A DNA stretch of 64,000 nucleotides from Eledone cirrhosa (lineage: Eukaryota): contig OZ024743.1 in assembly GCA_964016885.1 (NCBI GenBank), positions 19,096,001 through 19,160,000 of the forward strand, in the 5' to 3' direction. The position numbers and the translations under genes were made by a program. The notes beneath the pieces are model-generated. The model had not been told where the DNA came from. It was given only the letters and a program-made list of their open reading frames with translations, and did no database searches. Of this stretch, positions 43,677 through 57,882 are shown in pieces (position 1 is the stretch's first letter; each line of letters begins with the position of its first letter).

Positions 43677-44773
43677 TTATATATATATAGCTGTGTGTGT
43701 GTGCATGTGCGTATGTGTCTCTGTCTGCGTCGGTCTGTGTGTATGTGTGTAGGACGTTTGGATGATTTAAAATTAGAAAGATTGAAATCCAAACGCAGAC
43801 TCGCTATGATGACTATAGTATTGGAAAATCGGGTACAAGATGCATGTACACTGAAAGTAAGTAGTCATCTGTATATCTTTAATTTAGGCCAAATAGAAGC
43901 TAATAAATTTTCTAACCAAATTAGGGAATAGATACAATGGATTTTGCGGCTGGATCCAAAAGTAAACGATTTGTCTAGACCTTTGGAGAATTTGAAATTA
44001 TAAACTTTGACATCCAAACACATATTCAGTACAATGGCAATAGCGTTACATTTTGTTTTATAAAAAAAACCCTTGGGAGAAAAGATATATTGCCAGCAGC
44101 CACTAAGGGTTATGACTTGACTGTAATTCTACTATCTGTTGTGGTGGACGGTCAATTATTTTCTGTTCGTAATATAATTTTACCCAAATCCCTAACGCTA
44201 TGTTATTTGTAGAGAATCTGTGTTTCGATTTATAGATGTTTAATTTAAAATTATCAAAAGAACTCAATAAATCGGGAAGAGTTTTGTTTCCATCTATAGA
44301 CGCTAATGACACTGTATGTATATACAGACGCCTAAATTGTGTGTGAGCCTATGGGCACCTTAGTGACATAATTTATTTCTATGGCATTGTTTTAAACATG
44401 GCAGAGATCAACCCGTCTCCAGGTCTGCATACAGCAGATTTCTACCAAAAAACGGTAGTGAGAAAACATATAGAGGAATAAGCTGACCCCCAATACTAGA
44501 CTGGTACATTTTTTATCGATCTGCAAAGAATTGTATCCGATTACCTACTGACTCTGCAAGCCTACCATGGTAAAGATATTATATATAGTTCCTGATTTTG
44601 GACACGAAATGTGTTAGCTACCATTTGGCGTTATGGTAACGAATTTAGACGAAGTTGAAGTGATAAAATTTCGATTCTAAATAGTAGCTTCAGGTCAATT
44701 ATTGTCTGTCCCAGAGGTCATTTTACGCTTGTTTCTAGCCCTATAGTCATTGAATCAAATCAGTGTTTTTACT

Positions 44774-44885
<112 letters not shown>

Positions 44886-45017
44886 TTGATAAAACTAATC
44901 CCAAAATATAACAGTTAAATACAAGTAGCATAAAGGCACTACATTCTTTTTCTACTATTTAGATGTTGCCGTAAACCATACAATTATCCCCGTTCAACAG
45001 TTAGAATCATTTATTGG

Positions 45018-45116
<99 letters not shown>

Positions 45117-46025
45117 GGTCCATTATTTTCTTAATAAAGCCGTGCAATGCAAGTGGCTTAGATTGCCAAGGTAACAATCAGAAGGGAATTGAGAGGAATC
45201 AAATTCAAAAAAAGGAAAAACGACTGAAAGCTAGTAATTTAATATTCCCAACATCTTCTGGATTAACTATCCACTTTCAAGAGAAGGGGTCCTTAGAGGG
45301 GTGGGGAGGTCCGGAGAAAATGAGATTTTACCTCCTGGTTGCTCTTTATAATTTATTTTTATTTTGAATAAAGGTATATGTTATATTTTGTTTGGGCATG
45401 TGCGAAATAAGCAGGTGCTGTAAATATCTATAATATCGGTTCATGTGTATATGCGAGTTCGTGTGTAAATATGCATATAAAATAGTTCTTTATGCGTGAA
45501 TGTAATTTGGTATAACTATGTGTTTGAATATATAAATGCGTATGTATGTGTGTAAATGCAGTGATATATATTTGTAAGTGTATGACATAATTTTGTGATT
45601 ATGTAAGCATGTGTGCGTGTATTTGTATGAACATGCATCTGTGTGAGCACATGTGCTCCTGTAGATATACATGTATATTGAGAATGGTTCAAACCGATAC
45701 ACAAAAAAACATTAAAAACATGTGCTTATTCCACATATGTGCAAACAAAATCTAACGCAAATCATTATTAGAAAAGAAGATAAACGGACACCAGGAAAGA
45801 AAATCTAGTTTTTTTCTCGGACGGCCCTTCTCCGCAATGACATCACCATCTCGTGAAAAGCGATGATTAATCCGAAAGATTTTGTAAATGTTAAATTGCT
45901 AAGTTAATTTTCAGTTGTTCATCCTATCTTTTATTTTATTATCTCATTCAATTCCTTCCTGATTATTACCTTGGCAATCTAACCCACATGTTTCACATTG
46001 CCTCAATCAGACTGAACTATCAGAG

Positions 46026-46090
<65 letters not shown>

Positions 46091-47000
46091 TTCTACAGGA
46101 CTAGAATTATTTCATTCGGGAGAAATCATATATATATTTATTTATTCATGATGTGTGTGTCTGAACAATAAAAACAGAAGTCAGATGTAGCTAGAGAGTT
46201 AGTTTATTGTTTTACAGTATATATATTTATATATGAAGTTGTGTTTGGACACCACACCTCTGATAGATTAAATCTGTATTATCATGCATAGCCATATTCA
46301 ATTAATCCGGTGTTTCATAAAGATTAACAATTTTAAATAACGCGTCAATTGTTAAATTATTTCCACATTGGTAAAGTTTACTGCTAGTATAGTTTTCCTG
46401 GTTAGGTTTGTTCACGCTCGAATGATATTTTCCTGTGTTAACTCTCTGTCCAATCAATATAGTGAATAGCACCACGAACTACCTATAAAATAATTTATAA
46501 ATAACGCACAATATACAATAGACAAATATCACCCAACTTATTAAGTTGATGTCTGATAATATGACAAAGCTGGACAAAGCAAAAGTTCAGAAATATTCTT
46601 GTTTAATGTGAATGATCTTCGCAATCTGTAAAAATCAAAAGCACTGGATTAATTCAACAGTCGACACACATTGTATTTTGCCATTCTTGGGTGATATATT
46701 GCATGACAAAATGTGGCAAAATTCTATATTAGTAACAAAAGTGAGATACTTTATCTTCCAATAATTAAATAAACTCTATCATATGCATGAGATATGGATG
46801 TACATACGCACAAAACATACAGACCCACACACACATACTCACCCATACATACATACACATACATGCATACGTTTGCAAACATTGATATATATATATCTTA
46901 AAATATGTCTTTAGAATCACTAGATATAATATAAACCATTTCCTTTCCCAATTAGATATATATATATATATATACACACATGCAAACACAGACACACATA

Positions 47001-47085
<85 letters not shown>

Positions 47086-47089
<4 letters not shown>

Positions 47090-47330
47090 ATAATAATGGT
47101 AGTAAATGGAAAATATATCACTATAACATCATAATTTATTTCGTTGTATAGATTTGAGGGATACTGATTTATAGTAAGCTCTCTTCAGACAAAATACAAT
47201 ATTTGATGTATACAATTGTACCTCACCTGAAGAGCGCATACTATCAATTAGTATTCTTGAAATATATATAAGGAAATAAATTATGACGTTATAGTGATAT
47301 ATTTTCCAATTATTACTATTATAATACTCC
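47086..47330 (+). mobile_element. Small pseudo-LTR remnant with inverted ends and a decayed HHR (47222-47275)
   Basis: 47086-47140 is the reverse complement of about 47273-47327; CTGAAGA..atact/agtat..GAAA-tata-TA with a poor stem I. Confidence 0.5.
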
Positions 47331-47411
47331 AGATAAATGTTATTTGTCGAGTGCTTCGTATCTGTTATGAATATAATCCTGTTGAATACTTATCAACAAA
47401 GCACATAATAC

Positions 47412-47440
<29 letters not shown>

Positions 47441-47445
<5 letters not shown>

Positions 47446-48544
47446 GAAGAGAGAAGAAACATTTAGATATAATTAGTAATAAAATGTATCATACCTAAAC
47501 TGCTCCTAAATTCCTCGACTACGTAGTTTCGTGGCATAAACAAAAACAATATATCATAAAGATATAGAGTCCCTGCGAGGTCCGCCGACTTATCAAGAGG
47601 ATACCTCATTTTACTAGTCTCAAGAACGCGTCTACACGACGTGAGAAAGAATCCCAAAAGGCGGAGGGGGAGATAGTCACGCGATATAACGGTCGAGAAA
47701 CAGAGCTAAGCCTCTTATAACCACGAGGAAAATACCACGGAGGCGGAGGGGGTATTCATATCGAGGCCGCAGAAGAGGTGGTGAAGAAGGCTAGAAGTAT
47801 GAGTAATGGAAGCTTTCCAGTTGTCCCCACACTTCAAAGATTGCTCGACCAGAGGGAGTTATTAACAATATATTTATATATGTGTATATATTTATATGTA
47901 TATATGTGTGTGTCCGCATGTATCTGTGTGTTTCTAAATATATTGTTAATAACTCCCTCTGGTCGAGCAATCTTTGAAGTGTGGGGACAACTGGAAAGCT
48001 TCCATTACTCATACTTCTAGCCTTCTTCACCACCTCTTCTGCGGCCTCGATATGAATACCCCCTCCGCCTCCTTGGTATTTTCCTCGTGGTTATAAGAGG
48101 CTTAGCTCTGTTTCTCGACCGTTATATCGCGTGACTATCTCCCCCTCCGCCTTTTGGGATTCTTTCTCACGTCGTGTAGACGCGTTCTTGAGACTAGTAA
48201 AATGAGGTATCCTCTTGATAAGTCGGCGGACCTCGCAGGGACTCTATATCTTTATGATATATTGTTTTTGTTTATGCCACGAAACTACGTAGTCGAGGAA
48301 TTTAGGAGCAGTTTAGGTATGATACATTTTATTACTAATTATATCTAAATGTTTCTTCTCTCTTCATAATGTATTTTTAACTCTGATACTGGTTCAGTCT
48401 AGTTTCAACTGAATTGGTCTGTCCCAGTCATTCATTGAGCAACATCGGTGAAGTTGGCACCCTTAACTCACAGTTGGGTGCGGATGCATTCATGTATATA
48501 TGTGTGTGTCCGCATGTATCTGTGTGTTTCTAAATATATTGTTA
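47441..48544. mobile_element. Family M: 435-bp near-perfect inverted arm plus about 1.1 direct 596-bp units
   Basis: 47441-47875 versus 47936-48370 (one mismatch seen). tgtccgcatg recurs at 47911 and 48507. HHR tcctc-TTGATAA-gtcggc..gccac-GAAA-ctacgtag-TC-gagga at 48210-48299 (+) and 47512-47601 (-). Confidence 0.9.
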
Positions 48545-48567
48545 TATATATATATATATATATATAT

Positions 48568-49452
48568 AGTACATTATGAAGAGAGAAGAAACATTAGATA
48601 TAATTAGTAATAAGATATATCATACCTAGCTGCTTCTATAGTCCCCGACTACGTAGTTTCGTGGCATATTATGCACAAACACTAGATCATAGAGATATAG
48701 AAATTTTGTGAGGTTCTGCCGACTTATCAAGGGGATACCTCATTAAGGATTTCAAGACACGGCTGTAATGCGCGAGATAGAATCTCGAAAAGGCGGAGGG
48801 AGGGTCAATCACGTGATACAGCGGTCAAGAAACAGAGCTAAGCCCCTTATGACCCTGAAAAAAATACCACGGAGGCGGAGGGGGTATTCATATCAAAGCC
48901 ATAGAAGAGGTGGTTTGAGGAGGCGATAAGTATGAGTAATGGTAGCTATCCAGCAGTCACTACACTTCAAATGTTACTCGACCAAAGGGAGTTATAAACA
49001 ATATATAGAGAGAAACACACAGATACATGCGGACATATACATATACATGAATATATCCACACATATTCCTGAGTTAGTGGTGCCAACCTCAACCGATGTT
49101 GCTCTATAAATAACTGGCACAAAACAATCCGAATTGATTAGACTGATTCAGTATCAGAGCTATATAGTACATTATGAAGAGAGAAGAAACATTAGATATA
49201 ATTAGTAATAAGATATATCATACCTTGCTGCTTCTATAGTTCCCGACTACGTAGTTTCGTGGCATATTATGCAAAAAAACTAGATCATAGAGATATAGAG
49301 TTTGTGTGAGGTTCTGTCGACTTATCAAGGGGATACCTCGTTAAGGATTTCAAAACGCGTCTGTAATGCGCGAGATAGAATCTCGAAAAGGCGGAGGGAC
49401 CGTCAATCACAGTCAAGAAACAGAGGTATCCCCTTGATAAGTCGGCAGAACC
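48568..49452 (-). mobile_element. Family M sibling: about 1.4 units of 598 bp plus a short terminal inversion
   Basis: acattatgaagagagaag at 48571 and 49169; HHRs at 48642-48735 and 49240-49333; inverted gaggtatccccttgataagtcggcagaacc at about 49423-49452. Confidence 0.88.
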
Positions 49453-49995
49453 AAGTTTATAATTGCAGAAATATCGTATTATATTTTACCTTCTCTGAAA
49501 GTAGGTACTCATCGAACCAATTTTACGTTGACATATTGGATTTGGGCTTTCATAATAGTAAGGTTATAGGTTTTCAAATAGCAAGAGAAGACAATTATGT
49601 TAAGTTTTCAAAATACTCAGAGAACATGAATAAAAGCATGACTACGACAGATGAGAGAATACTGTGTTTGAAGGAGTATGCGTGAAATCAAATGGCATGT
49701 AACTGTTGTAACTAGTAGAAAATGAAGATACATGTATATATTTATAAAAACATATATCTGCATATATATATATACATTTAAAGTGTACGATAAACACGAA
49801 ATGTGTTTACATTGCAACAGACAAAGTTAGCTATTAATGAAATAAACTAATAAAAGTGAATACAATTTGTCTGTCTCGATATAAGTCAATAAAGACAATA
49901 TTATATTGGCAACAGTATATATATATATAAGCATATATATATACATATATATGCTTATATATATATATATACATTTATATATACATATATATGCT

Positions 49996-50724
49996 TAGCT
50001 CTGATTTATCAAAATTATTGAGCCCTCTGCCACTCATATCGGATATTGTTTATCGTTAATTCGTGAGCTGATTTTCCGATACTCGATTATTCTATTATAT
50101 TTAGCTCTAGACCTAGCTATTGACCAGTTAATTTTATTGATCATTTTTTGTCGATGCTATTGACTGATGAATAGCTCCTGTTTATTTTAACATGACTATT
50201 GAGCACTCTGATTCGATATGTGATATTTTGTATTCCTACATGATTTCCACATTACCGAAAATGTTTTCGCTAATATAGAGGTTATCTCCCTTGCTGGGCA
50301 CCATGTGCGTGTCTGGCTAAAGGTCACTTCTTTATTATCGGACGGAACCCGTTGATAAAGCTCTTCCGGTCCACTCCTTCCCTAGAAGTCTTATATATTT
50401 TTATGTGGGCTGATAGTGAACGGATTAAGGAATTGCAGAAACCCAAGAAGCTACATTTAACACCCTTCTAGCGGGTCCGGGTAAGTTTTTTACATTCATT
50501 TAAATTATTGATTTATTGATATTTTATTTGAGTGACCCGAATCTTCCTGGTCTTTTTTTTTCGGCTGCACGGGTGATTTTAGGCATAATCTCTATGTGTT
50601 GGTAATTTAACGATAGTTATAGCTCTGATTTATCCAAATTATTGAGCCCTCTACCACTCATATCGGATATTGTCTATCGTTAATTCGTGAGCTGATTTTC
50701 CGATACTCGATTATTCTATTATAT
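49996..50724 (+). mobile_element. Family D unit of 624 bp, about 1.17 copies, large HHR at 50348-50481
   Basis: 49996-50100 is repeated at 50620-50724. cccg-TTGATAA-..-GAAA-ccc.agaag/cttct.ggg-TC-cggg|taagt. Confidence 0.85.
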
Positions 50725-50739
50725 ATATATATATATATA

Positions 50740-52720
50740 AGATCAGATACAACCTCCTCACGAGGAACAGCAGACTACCCGCCTTCTACCACCTTGTGAA
50801 AACACACAAACAAGGACACGACCTGAAGATCATAACCATCGTATCGAGCGTGGAAGGACCGCTGTACAAAATATCATGGCTCCTAGACAGAATACCCAAA
50901 CCCATACTAGACACCTTGCCGGGACACGTAAACAGCTCCGAGTAGGTGTTTGAGCGTCTGCATCAAATGGATCCCGACACCAGAAAGGCTAACAGATATG
51001 CCTTCAGCCTTGATGTGGTCGCTCTTTACACCTCGGTCCCGGCGCTCCCGGTTGTTGATATACTGATGGAACGCGTCTAATCTACCGACCTACACTGCTT
51101 CGAGCTCACCCCCATGGACATCCACCAACTCGTATCCGTCGTCGTTGACAACACATACTTCAGTTTTCTCAACCAAACATACGGGCAGACCTCGGGGCTA
51201 CCCATGGGCTCAAGCCTGTCACGTGTGCTAGCGATCTCATACATGGACAGCCTCGAGCGCAAGGCACTCACCACCTGTCACCCCAACGCCGTCGCCTTTT
51301 TCTCAAGATACATGGATGACATCCTCATCCTCGCAACTTCCAAGGAGATGGCGAACGGAATCTTTGAGACGGTCAACAACACGGACGAGAACATTGATTT
51401 CAGTGTTGAACACCCCAGCGACAACGGGTCACTTGCCCTCCTCGACTTCCGAATCAACATCACGGAGCAGGGAGGGATCCACACTAACTTCAACCGCAGG
51501 GCTACCTGCAGGGACTTGTTCGTCCACTACAAGTCTGCCCTCCCCAACAGCGCTAAAAGAGGGTACATCACGAACGAGATCACGTGAATTAAAAACAGAT
51601 GCAGCGATCCGGTGAGTGGTGTCACCCGCACCAAGCGATTCCTCAAAGTGCTGAAGACGAACGGGTACCCCTGCCTCACTCACAAACAGAGTAGGAGACA
51701 CCAGACGTAAGAGGCTGAGGAACACCCAAGGCAAGTGCTTCCTTAAAATACCACACATGGGCGAGAATACCACCAACGCTATCCGCAGGGCTATACGGAG
51801 AGAGGGCCTCAACATCTACCTGGCCCTCTCGGGCCCCTGCCTGCGGAGAAACCCGGGAAATCGACTCAACGCGTGTTCCCTCGTAAACTGTCCGATGCGC
51901 CATACGAAATGTTGCTTACGCACATACGTGGCATACAGGGTCGAATGTGACAAGTGCAACGGCTACTATATCGGTAGCACAATCCGGCCGCTACATATCA
52001 GGATAAAGGAGCACATCAACACCAGGGCCTCGTCTCTCCGGAAACACATCATGAAATGCGGAAACAAAGACGGAAGGCTCATTGTCACACTGCTAGCGAC
52101 GGAACGCAACGTCGGCACGCTACGAATCAAGGAAGCACTTTGGATCAAAAGCCTAGGGCCACAAATAAATAACCGATCCGAGAGAAGCGAGATGAGGTGG
52201 TTGGTGTGAACTAACGAGGCACCAACACACGCGCACACACACACACACACAGTGACATTCGAACGGTTGTTTTTGTGTGTGTAACACCGCCACCATCCAC
52301 CGACCTAATTTTTAAAAAAAAAGAAAGGAGACCAGGCAGAATACCACTAATACCAGACGACTATATTACACTGCCAGTACCAAAAACCCAACACAGATAA
52401 ACAGTACAATGGACTAACAGCTAACGGCATCCCACTCCCACAATTAAGAGAACTACTTCGACCTCTGCTTGACCACACCGATTCCACGCGCACGCGCGCT
52501 CTGCAGAATGCCTCAATTAGACACAAACAGCCAACAACAGAAGACACGTTCCATTTTTCTCCGACACATAACCCCCCCCCCAGAAAACAGCCCAGTTGAT
52601 GGATGTGAATACGAAATATAGGGACAATTAAATCCGTCTCAAGGTAACTCTATCTCGTGTTATTATTTTTATTTTTTACGCTCTTTCCTACATTCCTCTA
52701 CACACTTTACATCTCATTCT
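50740..52720 (+). mobile_element. 5'-truncated Penelope-like element (RT plus C-terminal GIY-YIG), degenerate
   Basis: FYHLVKTHK, SLDVVALYTSVP, GLPMGSSLS, RYMDD, AYRVECDKCNGYYIGSTIRPLHIRIKEH, IKEALWI; in-frame stops; decayed HHR-like motif at 52590-52625. Confidence 0.9.
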
Positions 52721-52949
52721 ATATTCCCTTACGTCAAGTGTTATTATTTTTATTTTTACGCTCTTTCCTACGTTCGTATACACACTATACATCACATTCT
52801 ACACTCCCTTACATCTCTCTCTTCACCACCGGATCCTGTTACCCGGAGAATTACCCATCTGCATTGTTGAGGCTTCCAAAACGACCAAAAGATAATAAAT
52901 TCTATTATTCCACAATGCTTCAAGCAGATTTCAATACTCTCATTATATA

Positions 52950-53048
<99 letters not shown>

Positions 53049-53130
53049 CGGAGGAAATGTGGTAAGGAAAAGGAAAAGTGCAGAATTAGCATTCGAAACG
53101 GCTTGAGCTCAGCCGTCGGGGTCCTACTCG

Positions 53131-53201
<71 letters not shown>

Positions 53202-53202
<1 letters not shown>

Positions 53203-54130
53203 TATTCAGCGAGAATCTTATTTCGGCTGGTAGAAAAAGCTAAACGAAATGCAAAATCGTAGAAATGCTGGCAAGCGCTCCAATAGTTAATAAAACTAGA
53301 GCTAAACAATATGTTAAAACGTCATACAAACTGAATAGTGGTCAAGAAGGCATTAATCACCTAAACCAAAAAACAAGTCAGGCTAATCAGATCAAACAAA
53401 ATAAATGATATAAACAGCCCTGGACCCAAGTGGAATTGATGGTAAAATCCAAATGTAGTGTTTCTATTACACCTAAATCAATAATACTATCTGCTTAAAA
53501 CTATAAACTTTCAGCATAAAGATCGAACAAGGAATATCACGTTATCAACAGGTATTTTGCTTTGAACCAATTTTGTGAGTGACGCAAAACCTTGTAAAGG
53601 CACATGCGTAAGTCACGAGGGGAAAATTCCCCAGATTTTGGCAAATGAATTCAGTATGTGTATATCATACAAAAAATTGCATAGATAGCACAAATCGAAT
53701 AAGCACTCAACCGGGTAGTTTTAAAATAAACTTATGCAATTAATCTGTCAATAGAAGTATTAACAGGTTAATTGTAAGACTCGGGAGATTAATATAAATA
53801 TGTATTCAGCGAGAATCGTATTTCGGCTGGTAGAAAAAGCGAAACGAAACGCATAATCGTAGAAATGCTGGCAAGCACTCCAATAGTTAATAAAACTAGA
53901 GCTAAACAATATGTTAAAACGCCATACAAACTGAAAAGTGGTCAAGAAGGCATTAACCACCTAAGGCAAAAAACAAGTCAAGCTAAACAGTTCAAACGAA
54001 ATAAATGATATAAACAGACCTGGACCCAAGTGGAATTGATGGTAAACTCCAAATGCAGGGTTTCTATGACACCTAAATCAATAATAGTGTCTGCTTATAA
54101 CTATAAACTTTCAGCATAAAGATCGAACAA
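53202..54130 (-). mobile_element. Family L (D-related) 600-bp unit, about 1.55 copies, large HHR at 53419-53552
   Basis: tattcagcgagaatc at 53203 and 53803. Minus strand: cctg-TTGATAA-cgtgatat..-GAAA-c(a/c)c..tgga.tttaccatcaattcca..ggg-TC-cagg. Confidence 0.85.
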
Positions 54131-54199
54131 ATATATATATATATAAATTAATAAAAACAATGAATAAAAATAAAGAAACATTAAAAAATTCATCATTTT

Positions 54200-55030
54200 A
54201 CGAATGTTTCTAGGAGATATGTGTGGGTGTTGGTATGTATATCATATAGATCTATGTAAAAGTTTTACAAACTATTAGAGGGAATATACATACCAAAACA
54301 TATATATGCTGTCTTCAGAAATAATGATATTTGTTTATTGAAAAAAACAACAAAGATTTAATATAATAGGTCTGTTTGGGAACAGGTTTTGAATTGACCA
54401 ATAGAAAAGTAGTAAGTGGTCAAGTTGATAGAATAGTAGTAGTAGAAATTTAATTTAGGGGTAGAGGAATGCAGACTTCAGTTTTGAATGGAAAGAGTAT
54501 TTTGAATGAAAAGATTACTTTGGGGATGAAAATAGGTCAAGCCGGTGAAAGGTACACGAAAATTTGAAGTTATTAAAGAATAATGCTAATGTTAAAATCT
54601 AAGGAGAATAAAATTTTACTATAAATGTGTTAGTGGAAAATATCAGTCTTATTTAAAACATAAGGAATATAGATCTATAAAAAGAAATTAAATTAATTTA
54701 ATTGATAGGTATATTTATAGGGATAAATTTAAATTAATTCATATAGATATGATAAATAATTGTTAGATGTTATTAAAGAATGTTGTTAAAAACGAAGGAA
54801 AACAATTTTTTTTGGCGGGGGGATAAATGTATTAGTGAGAAATAACAAACTTATATAGATTATAAGGAATTTAGATTCATAACAGGAAATTAAAATAGTT
54901 TATATGTATACTTATTGGTATAAATATTAGGAAAAGATAGCTGTAAAAGGGAAATAAAATTATGCAGTTCTTAGTAGTAGAATATTAATTAAAGGTTAAC
55001 TAATTTTAAAAAATAATTATAATAATTTGT
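54200..55030 (-). pseudogene. Very decayed possible PLE-type RT remnant
   Basis: Only FPNIYTN (similar to F..LYTNI) and YFHPQSN (thumb-like) in broken AT-rich frames. Confidence 0.25.
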
Positions 55031-55039
55031 AAAATATAA

Positions 55040-55040
<1 letters not shown>

Positions 55041-55082
<42 letters not shown>

Positions 55083-55094
55083 TATGTGTGTGTG

Positions 55095-55166
<72 letters not shown>

Positions 55167-55185
55167 TATATATAGATAGATATAT

Positions 55186-55231
<46 letters not shown>

Positions 55232-55280
55232 AGAGAGAGGGAGAGAGAGAGGAGAGAGCGACAGAGAAAGAGGGAGAGAG

Positions 55281-55356
<76 letters not shown>
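55041..55356. repeat. Compound (TA)n-(GA)n microsatellite
   Basis: Directly visible. Confidence 0.95.
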
Positions 55357-55358
<2 letters not shown>

Positions 55359-55654
55359 GCACATATGTATTTATTTATGCATATATAGCTTCAGATATTG
55401 TTTCTGAAAAGAGATATTCATTAAGATCAATTTGCATACATGTTCACTGGTATATGTTGGGTTTCTTTTTATATTTTTATGTACAAATCTACATATGAAC
55501 ATATTAAAGACCAGCTTTTTTTTCTATCTTGGTTTAATCTCTTAATTAATCTCGACTTGCAACAGTATTTAGTGTATAATATTGATGTGCCATATAGCCA
55601 TATGGTAAGAATAGTTATGTCAGTTAAAGTAAATAAATAAATAAATCTATGAAT

Positions 55655-56380
55655 AACTATAAAATACAATATGTTGAAAGGGTAACACACTAGAGAGAGA
55701 GATACAGTGCGCTATCTATATATTGATACAGTGTTTTCAACATATTATATTTTAAAGAGCTCAGGATTTCATCTCCTTTGAGCACATTATTTACAGGGAA
55801 TGGCGAGAGTCTATGGCTCCGTTAATTTTTCGTGATATTTTGCTCCTTATAACAGTCTTTCGTCTCTCTCTGTTTGGTTGAGCACACTTCTCTGAGTGGT
55901 TTTGGGCTGCCCTTTCTAGCAGCTCGTCCCTTAGACGCCACTGGTTCAGTGCCCTTAAACACGCTGTGACTTCTCTCTCCCACGTGTAGCTGGACAGTCA
56001 CTTTAAAATTCTCTTTGTGTTGTCTGAAATGTATAGCCTTACACACGCTGACGAACCGGGGTTATTCCATTTTTGTCAACAACTTACTGGCGAAATAGAT
56101 CTCTTTGGATTTGTACGTGTGTTATATAGTTATAGAGGTATTTATTTACGCTTTAATTTATATTTTTAATTATCGTGTGTCTACTCTCACTTTCAGAGTT
56201 TATAGATTCCATACATCTGGGGTTTTCCCTGTTTTATTGATAGCGCACTGTATCTCTCTCTCTCTAGTGTGTTACCGTTTCAACACATTGTACTTTAAAG
56301 AGCTCAGGATTTCCTCTCCTTTGATGACATTATTTACAGAGAATGGCGAGAGTCTATGGCGCCGTTAATTTATCGTGAAT
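55655..56380 (+). mobile_element. Family N: 543-bp unit, about 1.2 copies plus an inverted 5' piece, HHR at 56041-56122
   Basis: 55735-55835 is repeated at 56278-56378. 55655-55716 is the reverse complement of about 56239-56300. acacacg-CTGACGA-a-ccgg..ctgg-c-GAAA-tagatct/ggatttg-TA-cgtgtgt. Confidence 0.85.
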
Positions 56381-57604
56381 AACTATATATATAAAGCGTG
56401 TGTGAGTCAGAGTCAAAACCAGCAATGAAATATTAAATTGATTGTATTGCATTAATGTGTAGGCTGTGTTGATAAGGAAAAATGCTACGAATGTAAACAA
56501 ACCATAACAAATGATAATTATCATTTGTTATAGTTTTGAATTATAATTCAAAACTATGAAAGTAGTTCCGTTTTGTATATAATAGAGAGTATCTGGAAAA
56601 GCATTATAACTGTTGCATAGTTACGAATATTACTACAAAATAATAAAAGTACACTGTAACCAGCAATTATATAGTGATTAAAACGAATAAAATGTTACGA
56701 GTATGTATTTTAATGGATGATTTATAGCGCGTTTACCGCATCGATTATAGTGAACCGAACTATATGAACTAATAAAGTAACTATGATATTTTTTATCATT
56801 TTACAGTCCAGTTGATACCTATACACGTATATTTAAATACATATAACTTAGTTAAATCTTAAAATTGTCATAATACCAATAGAGTGCATTGCATAAGCAT
56901 ATGTTGTTTAAAACATACGACCTATTACACACCATAATATAGATGCGCTCATACACAAACACACATGTGTGTCAGTGTGTGTGTAAATGATCGTGTTTGT
57001 GTGTGTAGAATATACATCTGTATGTCATACTCCATCTACCATCGTATGCACTTATAACATTCTCATATATGGATTTCAATAACTTTGTCTTTTTTTCTAA
57101 ATTTATCTTTATTCGACCGAATATTCTCAGTGTCTTTGTTGTTGGTAAAGCCAGTAGTACATTTGGAGATAATAATGAATACATTAATTTGCGTATAAGG
57201 CAAGAAACGATATGATGACTAGAGGCAAAATGGGGGAAAGTGAGAACAGAAGATATATTCATAGAATAACTCTTTGTCACAAAATGCTATATATGGTTTC
57301 GTGATCTTAGATATTTGCACTGATATATTTTGTGAACTCCATGAAGATATTTGTGTCCTAATTTCAGATGCTAGGCTAGATGCTGACAAGAATGTATGCT
57401 TTCCAAAGAAAAACGTGCATTTGGTGAAGCAGGGCTTTTTTACCGTGTTTACCTCTAGAAAATCTAGCGTTCACCTATCCACGTGTAGGTGGAGCACGTA
57501 TTAAACGATAGACATGAAACATACTACTTTACTATCATTTTGAAATACGTACTTTGCACAATAAAGAACTCAATTGCATAGTTCATATTACATCACACAC
57601 ACAA

Positions 57605-57687
<83 letters not shown>

Positions 57688-57766
57688 TATATATTTATAT
57701 ATAAGCAATGCGAATAAATACAGGAGTTTCAAGTCGTTATAACAAAATATTTTTATGCTTCGTATC

Positions 57767-57882
<116 letters not shown>

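Noticed and set aside
47463-48348. Duplicated short ORFs on opposite strands (MGFFLTSC..., MVKKARSM...)
   Set aside because: They are by-products of the inverted repeat, start at non-ATG codons and are not preserved in the sibling subfamily.
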